The notes: generated from the letters alone by a model not told the origin. A DNA stretch of 64,000 nucleotides from Candidatus Latescibacterota bacterium (GCA_965226795.1 CBDDDZ010000005.1:1792001-1856000); one strand, 5' to 3'. Counted from the stretch's first letter, positions 49,740-58,545 are shown. Made by a program: numbers and translations.

Positions 49740-50537
49740 TTGAAGCAATTTCAGGCCGACGGCCCGGACAGGCTCCTGGTTGTCAGCGACTGGGACCGAA
49801 CGCTGACGCGGTCCACAGCCGAGGATGGCAGCGATCAGTCCACCTGCTCGGTTATCGCGAACAGCGGGCATCTCGGGCCGGCGTTCAACCGGCGTTACCG
49901 GGAACTGTTTGACCGCTATCGAAAGATCGAACGTGCGATCGATTTGCCCGAACGTGTTAAGTCGCCTCACCTGCGCCGCTGGTGGTCTCTGCAGTTCGAT
50001 CTGCTGCTCGATTACAGATTAAGCACGCAGACGATCCAACGGATTGTCAGCGAAAATCGGCCGCACCTTCGAGATGGTGCGCGCCTTTTTTTCGATACCC
50101 TCCACGATCGCCGCATTCCCCTGATCATTCTGTCCGCGGGCATCAAGGAAATCATCGAAGCCCGACTCGCCGCGGATCGTATCCCCACCGCCAATGTCGT
50201 CATCATCGCCAACACGCTGGTTTTCGACCCGAAAGGCGATGCGGTGGCGTACAAGACGCCGCTTATCCACAGCCTGAACAAACACACCCTGAAAGAGGCC
50301 GATGTCCCGGAGTTCACTGGACGCCACAACCTGCTGCTTCTGGGCGACACGCTTGAAGACATTAAGATGGCTGCTGGCATCAGCCACTCCCGCCTGCTCA
50401 GCTTTGCCTTCTCCGCTGACTGCGACAACATCGAACAATACCGGTCCACATACGATGTCGTACTGGCTCCAGGCGCCTCTTTGGAGCCGGTAACCGCCGT
50501 CTTGAGGGATACGTGCGCGGCTTCTCACGGACATTGA
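49740..50537 (+). CDS. HAD hydrolase, pyrimidine 5'-nucleotidase (UMPH-1/NT5C3-like)
   Basis: VVSDWDRTLT, Y..IE...K..L..WW, LRDG..FF, ILSAGI, IIAN, LIHSLNK and NLLLLGDT.ED.KM. The start is uncertain. Confidence 0.8.
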   Translation: MKQFQADGPDRLLVVSDWDRTLTRSTAEDGSDQSTCSVIANSGHLGPAFNRRYRELFDRYRKIERAIDLPERVKSPHLRRWWSLQFDLLLDYRLSTQTIQRIVSENRPHLRDGARLFFDTLHDRRIPLIILSAGIKEIIEARLAADRIPTANVVIIANTLVFDPKGDAVAYKTPLIHSLNKHTLKEADVPEFTGRHNLLLLGDTLEDIKMAAGISHSRLLSFAFSADCDNIEQYRSTYDVVLAPGASLEPVTAVLRDTCAASHGH

Positions 50538-50642
50538 TCAGGAGCGTACAGGAATCCACCATCGTCAGCCGATCCGCAGGAGAAGAATAGACGCGCGTGC
50601 ATCCACTGGCGTGTAAATATGCGGACCGCTAGGTACAGTTGT

Positions 50643-50658
50643 TGTTGACGCGTCAACA
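50643..50658. promoter_or_regulatory. Perfect 16-bp palindrome, probable operator
   Basis: TGTTGACGCGTCAACA. Confidence 0.5.
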
Positions 50659-50712
50659 GAATCCGGACAGGCCATTGCGCGTGACCTGTCTGCGAAAGAA
50701 AGGAGGCGAATT

Positions 50713-50748
50713 ATGAAGGAGATTACCACGCGGAGGGCGACCGCCTGA
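50713..50748 (+). CDS. Putative 11-aa peptide MKEITTRRATA
   Basis: Ideal RBS AAAGGAGG closely upstream of the ATG, with its own downstream terminator. Confidence 0.4.
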   Translation: MKEITTRRATA

Positions 50749-50779
50749 ACAAGCCGGTCGATATCCCTTCAGAAAGTCG

Positions 50780-50818
50780 AACCGGGCGCTCCCTCACGAG
50801 AGCGCCCGGTTTTTAAAA
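50780..50818 (+). terminator. Intrinsic terminator
   Basis: 12-bp stem AACCGGGCGCTC/GAGCGCCCGGTT followed by TTT. Confidence 0.85.
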
Positions 50819-50845
50819 TGGAAAAAGCCGTCTTCGAAATGTCAT

Positions 50846-52213
50846 CTACTCCATCCGCAATGGCATCAGCAATGCCTTCCGGTCCGGATGGTCTACCGGG
50901 ACAAATAGGAGAGCTTTCAGCGGGTCGGTAACGAAAACTTCCAACATTCCTTCCGCCTCGATTCCGGAAACTACATCGCTCAGAAAAGAGTGATTTACAC
51001 AGATCCTGAACGGTTCCGGGCTGTCTTCCAGGTTGACTTGGCCTTCCACGGAGGTCGTGAACCTCCAGTAAGGAACACCCCTCCAAGGGGCCTCATCCGT
51101 TGAGACCCCGCGACCCCCTTTTTCCTCCCGGACCTTATACCCCATATCCCGCGACGTGGTCAGAGAAAGCGCCCCGGGCACCGAGGTAATCTGAATTTCG
51201 ACTCTTGGCAGATAGTCCCAGGTCTCCGACCCCGGGTGCCGGGATTCCAGATGCTCTGCGATCAAATTGACTGCTCGCAGCAATTCACCTGCCGCCAACC
51301 TGACACGAATGCCCGCCGCGTCGGGAATGACCGCCTCATAGTGCACATAGGGCTCATCGATAATCGGAATGACCCTTTCATCCTCTCCCTCCATGCAAAG
51401 GATCGCCTCCTCCTCCCGGATCGACAGCGTGGCGCGTTCCGCATGTGCCGCCTCCAATTCAAAACCGGGTCCCAGGATCACCTGGGTCTCCAGGTCCTGC
51501 GCACCCTCCAGTGTACGCAGCAGCAATCTCGCCCCGTCCCCAGCCACAACGCGCCCACCCGGATCCAGGCAAACCCCCTGAAGTCTACCGCGTGATTCGT
51601 CCCGGCTCACAAACCGGGTCGCCCAATAAAGAGCTTGAAGATCCTGTGCCGTAAGGTCGTACGTGTGTCCAGCGCTTGTCATCTCGCTCATCTCCTTTCG
51701 GATCCGCTGCCTCGCCTTCTGCAGGCGGCTGCGAACCGTATTCATTTCCAGGCCCAACTGTTGTGCCGTTTCCGCGTAGGAATGGCCCTTGAAATAATGA
51801 TGTTCGATCACGTCCCGGTGCGCACCTGAAAGCTGGCGAATCGCCTGCCTGACCAACATGCGGGCCTCTCGCTCCGACTCCGATTCGTCGACTGCGTGTT
51901 CGCCCCATTCGGTCGTCAAGAGCTGCTCGAAACGGATTTGCACCATTCGCCGCTGGCGCCACCTGAAGGCCGCATTGTCCGCAATTTTCAGCAACCAGCC
52001 GGAAAACCGACGACCGTCGCGGAGTTGGTCGAGGCGGCGGTACGCATGCAGGAAGATCTCCTGAACCAGATCCTCTGCCTCATCAGGCTGCCTGACCACA
52101 CTCATGACCCTACCGTACAACAAGCGGGTATAACGCTCCACCAGGCGGCCAAACGCCCATGTTTCGCCGGATACTGCAAGCCGCACCAGGTCCCGATCCT
52201 CAATTACATCCAA
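50846..52213 (-). CDS. ECF sigma factor fused to beta sliding clamp (DnaN) domains II+III
   Basis: Sigma2 AFGRLVERY..AEDLVQEIFLHAY..FSGWLLKIA; sigma4 LSGAHRDVI..SYAETA..NTVRSRLQKAR. Then DnaN-like FVSRDESR..LQGV, VAGDGARL, IDEPYVHYEAVIP, VNHSFLSDVV, TDPLKALL and LLMPLR. TTG start with a GGAGG RBS. Confidence 0.85.
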   Translation of the reverse strand: MDVIEDRDLVRLAVSGETWAFGRLVERYTRLLYGRVMSVVRQPDEAEDLVQEIFLHAYRRLDQLRDGRRFSGWLLKIADNAAFRWRQRRMVQIRFEQLLTTEWGEHAVDESESEREARMLVRQAIRQLSGAHRDVIEHHYFKGHSYAETAQQLGLEMNTVRSRLQKARQRIRKEMSEMTSAGHTYDLTAQDLQALYWATRFVSRDESRGRLQGVCLDPGGRVVAGDGARLLLRTLEGAQDLETQVILGPGFELEAAHAERATLSIREEEAILCMEGEDERVIPIIDEPYVHYEAVIPDAAGIRVRLAAGELLRAVNLIAEHLESRHPGSETWDYLPRVEIQITSVPGALSLTTSRDMGYKVREEKGGRGVSTDEAPWRGVPYWRFTTSVEGQVNLEDSPEPFRICVNHSFLSDVVSGIEAEGMLEVFVTDPLKALLFVPVDHPDRKALLMPLRME

Positions 52214-52256
52214 AACACGCCTCCCTGCAGGGGCGAACCATCACGCGCGACATGAA

Positions 52257-52285
52257 TACAGATCCGCATCATCGCCCAAAGTATC
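52257..52285 (-). promoter_or_regulatory. Candidate ECF-type (autoregulatory) promoter
   Basis: Minus-strand GATACTT-16 nt-TCTGTA resembles the sigmaE consensus GAACTT-N16-TCTGA; it lies between a terminator and the sigma start. Confidence 0.35.
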
Positions 52286-52332
52286 CCGTGCGCGGAAAAT
52301 AAACTCCTCCCACCTCCCTGTCTTTCGCCGGA

Positions 52333-52358
52333 CAAAAAAAAACACCCCGATAGGGGCG
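52333..52358 (-). terminator. Intrinsic terminator after the transglutaminase-like gene
   Basis: Minus-strand GCCCC-TATC-GGGGT hairpin followed by a T9 run. Confidence 0.7.
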
Positions 52359-52490
52359 GATGTAATTCCGCGTTCTGATCCTGAATACGCTTTTTCATCA
52401 GGAATCAAAAAAAGCCTTCCAAATCTGATTCCTGAATAGCAACAAAAGGCCGTATGGCGGGCCACCGCGCGTACGACGATAGCTGCTAAG

Positions 52491-54569
52491 TCAGCATGCG
52501 ACTGTGAGGCTGCTGATCGGTCCCATAACACCTGCGCTATTGACGGAGCGTACCCCGAACGTGTTCAGCCCTTTGTGTAATTTCCAATGGAACTCCTCCG
52601 GGCAGGCATTCCACGGTCCCCGATCCATCCTTGACAGATAGCCCGCGAAACAGGGTGTCTGCGTCTCCAGCCTGACCGTCAGATCGGCTGGGTCGTGGGT
52701 CGCCTCGGCCGTATACCTGGTCTGGTTCATCGAGGGATAAAAGTCCGCGCTCCGGTTGGTGTGATTCGTAAAGTGGGACAGTGGCGGCACCTTTTCGTCG
52801 GCCCAGTTGAGATACCCGTCCCAGGCCCACACCTCCGTGCCCTGACTCACCGGCAGAGGTCGCGGCTGGCTGAACATATTGTTGCGCGGGATCATACGGA
52901 AATGGCAAAACGACCGGAACAGAAAATGCGCCCCTTCGGTGGTGGAAAACTCGTGGCGCCCGTCCCGAATTGCAATCGGCAGGTCCCGAACGAGGGATTC
53001 GAGATCCTGCCGGAACAGATACGGGCGATCCCAGCTTTCGACTTCCTGAACTCTGTCCGCGAGGACCCGATGCACCTCGAGCGTATTCAGCGGCACACGC
53101 GTCTTCGGATCGTACCAATAGTAATCTCTCGTCGCGTCAAGGTGGACCCACTTGCAATAGTCGTTCGACCAGACCTCCGCGATCTCGTGCCCCGTCATGC
53201 CTTCACTGTGGAAGTTCACATGCCGCGCTGGAAAACCGAAACTCAGACAGGCAGCCACCAGGACCACGTTGGGATACAGACACATTTTGTCGCGCCGACG
53301 CTCGCGGTACCGATTCTTCACAATCGCACCGGATGGGTCCCGATCGAGCATCAGCCAATCAAGAACGTCCCAGGGATAATGGCGGCAGGGACCCAGCGGA
53401 ACGGCATACGCCCACGCCATCAGGCGCTCAATGGCTTCGAATTCGGTTTGCGCCCCGGCAACAACGGCATCCAGTTCGGACCGTTCGCGCAGTTCCAGTA
53501 ACGTCTTGTGCCTGTAGTCCTCGTCTGCAATCCAGTACGAAGACCGGTGGATGGTGGGATTCTCCGCCATAACGACTCGGGGCAGCGGCTCCCCTTCCGC
53601 GCGCGCCTCGGCAAGGACCGTCATCGCTTTCAAAACGGGGGTGTATGACGGATCCGCCGTCTCAAGCCGCATGCGCCATTGCAGGTAACGCCCGGTAACG
53701 TCCCCCACCGGCGATCCGAATTCACACGATTGCCAGTGGCTCCACTGCGCGGCATTCACCACGGGACCCGTTCCGGTGCGCACGTCACAGTGTACGGCAG
53801 TACCGGCGGGGACCCCAGCGTCCCAAACCAAACGCAGTCTGCGAACGGTATGGCACCGCTTCACGCCATCCCCCTCCCTCGCGGCATCCATGACCGTTGA
53901 CACGACATGCCCGCTATCGCGGTACCCGTCCACGATCAGCCGAATCACATATTCGCCGCGTTCGGACTCCCATTCAGGAACCCGGCGAACAAAACTCGAG
54001 GCCGGCAGCACAACCGGATCCACCGTCCCCTTTTTGTAGTCCCGATAATCCGCCACCATCAGACTCCATCCCACACTGCCTTCCACGACATCCATAACTA
54101 TATGGTTTTCGCCCGGTCGAAGGCAGCCGGCAGGGAGTTCCACGTAATACCATCGACTCCAGCTCCACGCGCCGTCATCGGGCGCCAACTCCCAGTACTG
54201 TCTGGCATCGGGGGTAGCCAACGGGGACGGCGGCCGCAGTACCTCCTGCCCGTTGACGTTGAATCGCAACGTGGCCGAATGACCCCTCCGCTCCCGCGCA
54301 ATAAAGGCCAACTGCGTCCTCACGGAAGGAACTCGGGTCAACGTCAGCACCTTTTTTAGCGCCAACGGGCCGGAAACCTCCACAAACGGATCCTCATCCA
54401 GGTCGTCCGACCGTCCGACGCCGGGGCTGTCATTCTCCACGACTGAACCCCTGAAGAGGCGGATACCCTCATCCCCATTGCCCATCCAGAGATTCGCAAT
54501 GTCCGCGGTACGGTAAATCTCCTCCGCGGATGAAAGGGTGCGAACCCGCCTGAATTCCTCCACAGCCAT
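52491..54569 (-). CDS. Transglutaminase-like domain protein
   Basis: Cys-His-Asp triad in MCLYPN..GFPARHV..GHEIAEVWSNDYCKWVHLDAT, with a beta-rich N-terminal half. Confidence 0.75.
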   Translation of the reverse strand: MAVEEFRRVRTLSSAEEIYRTADIANLWMGNGDEGIRLFRGSVVENDSPGVGRSDDLDEDPFVEVSGPLALKKVLTLTRVPSVRTQLAFIARERRGHSATLRFNVNGQEVLRPPSPLATPDARQYWELAPDDGAWSWSRWYYVELPAGCLRPGENHIVMDVVEGSVGWSLMVADYRDYKKGTVDPVVLPASSFVRRVPEWESERGEYVIRLIVDGYRDSGHVVSTVMDAAREGDGVKRCHTVRRLRLVWDAGVPAGTAVHCDVRTGTGPVVNAAQWSHWQSCEFGSPVGDVTGRYLQWRMRLETADPSYTPVLKAMTVLAEARAEGEPLPRVVMAENPTIHRSSYWIADEDYRHKTLLELRERSELDAVVAGAQTEFEAIERLMAWAYAVPLGPCRHYPWDVLDWLMLDRDPSGAIVKNRYRERRRDKMCLYPNVVLVAACLSFGFPARHVNFHSEGMTGHEIAEVWSNDYCKWVHLDATRDYYWYDPKTRVPLNTLEVHRVLADRVQEVESWDRPYLFRQDLESLVRDLPIAIRDGRHEFSTTEGAHFLFRSFCHFRMIPRNNMFSQPRPLPVSQGTEVWAWDGYLNWADEKVPPLSHFTNHTNRSADFYPSMNQTRYTAEATHDPADLTVRLETQTPCFAGYLSRMDRGPWNACPEEFHWKLHKGLNTFGVRSVNSAGVMGPISSLTVAC

Positions 54570-54750
54570 TTTCCGACCTCTGTCGATGCATGCGCGACCG
54601 GCGGCGTTCAACCCTGGACGATATCAGTACAGGATCCTGACCCGGAACCGCGATCCAGGGGCGCCAGGAAATCCGCAGCCGCGCCGGGAAAATTTACTGG
54701 ACATTCCAGGCAAAAGCTGTCACACCGTTGCGTCGACGTTGAATGACCGC

Positions 54751-55989
54751 CTATTTCAGATAGGCGGTCTCCACCTTCTCGAGAGAGGCCACGATGTCGC
54801 ACACCTCCTGCTCCCCGTAATTCTCATGAATTGGCATCGTAAAGTGGCTTTCGGCGGCCGCGACGGCGTTCGGGCACGGAAACGTCGCATTGCGATCTCC
54901 ACGATAGTCAGGGAGTCCCCAGGGATAGTCGCTGTTTCCGAAAACCTTGCGTTCCTTGAACCAGGTCGCCTCGGACGGGATATGCCTGTAGGATACCGAC
55001 GCCGGAATGCCTTCAGCCGCCAGCGCCTTGACGAAGCCGGCCTTGTCCACACTCAGTCTGGCCGTATCCAGGTGGAACCGGAGGAACCAGTACACGCACT
55101 CGGTACCTGGCACCTGCCTGCCCATCGATACGGCCTGCAGATGTTCGATACCGTCCCGAATTTCATCACCCACTCTTCGTCGGTTATCCGCAATCTCCCC
55201 CAAACGGCGCAACTGGACCCGGCCGATTGCCGCGGCCAGATCGCTGCCGTTCATATTCAAGCTCGCTCTCACGTTGGAAAGCCCGCTCCCCTCCAGATTG
55301 ATGGGCTTGCCCCGATCGGAGAAACGCTTCACACGCCAATAGAGATCGTGATCCTTCACAAAGACCACCCCGCCCTGCGAGCCCGTGGCGTGATGCTTGC
55401 CGCTCATCGTTGAGTAGGTCCCCATCGACCCCATGCCGCCCACCAGCCTTCCCCTGTACCTGGCGCCGTGCGCCTGCGCGCAATCTTCGATCACGGGCAA
55501 CCCGCGCGAATCGGCAAGCTCCAGAATCGGGTCCATGTCCGCCGGTTCCCCGGCGATATGCGCAACGATGATCGCACGCGAGTGCTCGGTCAGCACGGCT
55601 TCGATCTGTTCCGCGCCGGCATTGAACGTTCCCGGGGCCGCATCCGACACGACCGGTACCAGGTTCAAGAGTGCCACGGGCATCACCCCACCCGGATCGG
55701 TGATTGGCGGCACCACCACCTCGCCAGGAACCTCCAGTTCGAGGGCTCCAAGCGCTGTGTACAGTGACGTCGTGCCCGAATTCACCAGATCGGCGTACCC
55801 GCCGCCCATGAAATCTGCAAAGTCTCGTTCGTACGCGCGTTCTTCCGGCCCGTCGTACCCGAAGGCGTTGCCCGTCCGGATACTTTCGTCGAAGAGAGCC
55901 ATCACCGCCTGCTTCTCCTCTTCGCCGAAGAGACGCCGTGCGGGCATCGGCACAGTGCGGACCTTCTTGCCGCCATCGATCGCCAGCAT
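54751..55989 (-). CDS. DegT/DnrJ/EryC1/StrS PLP-dependent aminotransferase
   Basis: VNSGTTSL, VAHIAGEPADM, IEDCAQAHGA and S..SGKH..GSQGG. Confidence 0.92.
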   Translation of the reverse strand: MLAIDGGKKVRTVPMPARRLFGEEEKQAVMALFDESIRTGNAFGYDGPEERAYERDFADFMGGGYADLVNSGTTSLYTALGALELEVPGEVVVPPITDPGGVMPVALLNLVPVVSDAAPGTFNAGAEQIEAVLTEHSRAIIVAHIAGEPADMDPILELADSRGLPVIEDCAQAHGARYRGRLVGGMGSMGTYSTMSGKHHATGSQGGVVFVKDHDLYWRVKRFSDRGKPINLEGSGLSNVRASLNMNGSDLAAAIGRVQLRRLGEIADNRRRVGDEIRDGIEHLQAVSMGRQVPGTECVYWFLRFHLDTARLSVDKAGFVKALAAEGIPASVSYRHIPSEATWFKERKVFGNSDYPWGLPDYRGDRNATFPCPNAVAAAESHFTMPIHENYGEQEVCDIVASLEKVETAYLK

Positions 55990-56011
55990 ACCACTTGCCT
56001 CCTGAAGTTAG

Positions 56012-56878
56012 TTAAGATGTGGCGCCGGCAAAGGCCGTCCACAATTCATCGATGCCCTTGCCCATCGCCCATGAATCCGGAAAACAGCGATAAATCATAC
56101 GCGTATGCGCCACCATCTCGGCGCCCGCCGCCAGATCCCGGCCATAGCACCAATCGTGCGCGGTATCCCATCCGTGGTACTGTCCGGTCAGGTATGTTGT
56201 GAAAACGGGGTCGCAGAGGAACACCAGCGTGAATCCGTTGGACGAATTCCGGGCAGCCAGAATGGGCAGGCTGAAGTTCCTGCCTTCCAGATCCCGATGC
56301 AACCCCCTCTTTGGATCACCGAATCGTCCATCCTGAAGCATTTCGCGCGACAGGTCGTCTCTGACAACGCCGAACGTCCGATTGATTTCCGCCCGGTTGT
56401 TCAGCCTTGTCCAGCTTCGAGACCCGTCGGCATTGGCCAAAGGCGCCCAGGTCTCATTAAAAACGTCGGCGATGTAAGAGGCGAAAAAGATCTCGAAGCG
56501 TTGAATATCCACCGACGGCCGGATCGTCATCTCCAGATCCACCGCGTCGCCGTGCGGCCGATAAACGAGATCCATCACCAGACCGAACTCCGGCTCCGGA
56601 GGGAAGCGGATTGCCACGCCGTCGTGCGACAATTCGTGCGCCACCTTCCTGGCCATAGAAAGCCGCCGCGGGTACATTACCGTGCCCGAACCCGGCCTCA
56701 GATAATATTCGGCATTCAGGAATGCCTTACAATGCCGAACCGCCCCGACCTTATAATCCCGATGCATCAACCCGCAAATCCCGTGGTAATTCATATAGGG
56801 TTGAATACCGCCCATAATTTCGCCGGTATCGAACTCGTAACACTGAGACAGGTCGCTCCAGGCAATCTGCACAACCAA
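56012..56878 (-). CDS. Hypothetical protein (beta-rich, possibly galactose-mutarotase-like)
   Basis: Co-oriented ORF with a GGAGG RBS and normal composition; motifs FEIFFASY and TAHDW. Confidence 0.6.
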   Translation of the reverse strand: MVVQIAWSDLSQCYEFDTGEIMGGIQPYMNYHGICGLMHRDYKVGAVRHCKAFLNAEYYLRPGSGTVMYPRRLSMARKVAHELSHDGVAIRFPPEPEFGLVMDLVYRPHGDAVDLEMTIRPSVDIQRFEIFFASYIADVFNETWAPLANADGSRSWTRLNNRAEINRTFGVVRDDLSREMLQDGRFGDPKRGLHRDLEGRNFSLPILAARNSSNGFTLVFLCDPVFTTYLTGQYHGWDTAHDWCYGRDLAAGAEMVAHTRMIYRCFPDSWAMGKGIDELWTAFAGATS

Positions 56879-56932
56879 CCTCCGAAAAATCGCGTCGCGT
56901 TTCGGCCGGCGTTAAAAGATCACGCGCGGAGA

Positions 56933-58327
56933 TCATTCGAACGTGAAGTACCGCTTCTTTGCGTGTTCAGGAGGCCATACATCGAGCAGTTCCAGGGTCT
57001 CCATGAAACCGTAACGTCGGAACATCGCCTCCACCTCTTCGGACGTCAATCTGGCGGCGGGCCGCTCGGGCAGATTGGACGCCTGCAGAATAACCTGCGC
57101 ATTGATCGCCGCGCACTCCGTGAGGCCCTGGACGTAAACCTTATCCGGCGTGTCGGCGCGCGTATGACCCCAGAGGCCGTCCAGAGGATCCACCGGTGTG
57201 GTGCCGATCCCGACGGTATGCACGCCGTGTGCGGCAAATGGAAAATGGTCCGACCCCCATCCCGGGGCGCCCACACTGGCCTTAAACGGCGGCAGGCCAT
57301 CGCCGTCCACCCGCACCCGTTTCGCCACCTCGTTCAGCGTAGACTGCCAGTCGTCGTTGCCGGTAATGTGAATTCCCGAAGGGCGCCCACCGACGTCGTT
57401 GTTGATCATCAATATCAGATCGTCCAACTCGTCTTCATGGTCCCGTGCGTACGACCAGGACCCCACGAGCCCGGTTTCTTCCACGCCGAACAGAACAAAC
57501 CGCACCCTCCGCCTCAGATAGCGCTGATAGCCTGCCAGGCCTCTCGCCGCCTCCAGCACAGCGACCACCCCCGCAGCATTGTCGATGGCGCCGGGCCCCA
57601 CGTGCCAGGAGTCGTAGTGCCCGCCCACAACCAGGTATTCTGCCTCACCCCTGCCGCCGCCCAAATCTCCCACGACGTTCCAGGACGGCTTGACCTCCAC
57701 GCGACTGTCCAGGGCCAGCCTGATCCGGACCCTGCCCCTCCGCCGCTCCAAACGCATTAAATATGCCGCATCCTCCTTGCTGATCGAAGCCACTGGAATC
57801 GGAGCTACTCGCGCGAATGCGCACGTGCGCGCCGGTTGAAGTCCGCCGGGATAGTTCCGCCATTCAATCAGGCCCGCAGCGCCGTACTCCGCGGCAAGGG
57901 GGGTTTTCAACTGCCGCGCGACCGGATAATAGGGCGCCGCCACGAGACTGCCGGCCACGTCCGCCTTCCGATCCTCGAATTCCTCCCGGTCGCCCCGTTC
58001 CAGGAAGACGACGACGGTTTCGATACCCTCAACCGGCGTCGACGGGGACAGGCCGCCACACCGGCAGGCGATTTCCCGTTCAACGGGCGCCGTGACCGCC
58101 AGGCGTTCCTCTACAGGCGACCACGCCCGGTGCTGAAATTCCTCGACGTGTACGTCGTTCAATCCGTAGCGAGACAATGTATCCAGCAGGAAATCCCTGG
58201 CCCGTACCTCGTTCTCCGACCCGGCCAAACGCGCCCCGATGTCGTCCGCCAGAACCAGAAGATTCCGGTGCGCTTCCGACGACGCGAATATCTCCTCCAA
58301 CACGCGCTTTTCGATCTCGTGCTTCAT
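56933..58327 (-). CDS. M28 family peptidase (carboxypeptidase Q-like, PA domain)
   Basis: IGARLAGSENE, GGHYDSW, GAIDNAAG, VEETGLVGS, SDHFPF and HTRADT. Confidence 0.92.
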   Translation of the reverse strand: MKHEIEKRVLEEIFASSEAHRNLLVLADDIGARLAGSENEVRARDFLLDTLSRYGLNDVHVEEFQHRAWSPVEERLAVTAPVEREIACRCGGLSPSTPVEGIETVVVFLERGDREEFEDRKADVAGSLVAAPYYPVARQLKTPLAAEYGAAGLIEWRNYPGGLQPARTCAFARVAPIPVASISKEDAAYLMRLERRRGRVRIRLALDSRVEVKPSWNVVGDLGGGRGEAEYLVVGGHYDSWHVGPGAIDNAAGVVAVLEAARGLAGYQRYLRRRVRFVLFGVEETGLVGSWSYARDHEDELDDLILMINNDVGGRPSGIHITGNDDWQSTLNEVAKRVRVDGDGLPPFKASVGAPGWGSDHFPFAAHGVHTVGIGTTPVDPLDGLWGHTRADTPDKVYVQGLTECAAINAQVILQASNLPERPAARLTSEEVEAMFRRYGFMETLELLDVWPPEHAKKRYFTFE

Positions 58328-58545
58328 CTTCCCTCCGATGGCATCCGGGCACACACAGGATAGCCGGCCTCCCACAATGGGTCGTGCCGTCGGGCGCCTT
58401 CAACCCGCAAGATAATATCCTGGGTAGGCAACGCAACCGGATTCTGGACACGAAAAAAGCGCGAGAATCGAATTCCCGCGCCAAAACGCTATGCAGGCCG
58501 CTATGGCCCGTAAGTGGGATGGAGACGGATCAGGCGCCAGTGCAT

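Noticed and set aside
50746..50930. Selenocysteine read-through of the mini-ORF TGA
   Set aside because: The extension would run through a terminator into the antisense of the sigma gene, and the hairpin has terminator rather than SECIS features.
50846..51660. Canonical dnaN gene
   Set aside because: Domain I is absent, the sequence is divergent, it is continuous in frame with the sigma, and there is no dnaA/recF/gyrB context.
56105..57760. 551-aa plus-strand ORF (and similar long ORFs at 5848-6999, 29021-30010, 33809-34819, 18165-19061)
   Set aside because: These are antisense shadows of well-supported genes in GC-rich DNA and have no recognisable motifs.
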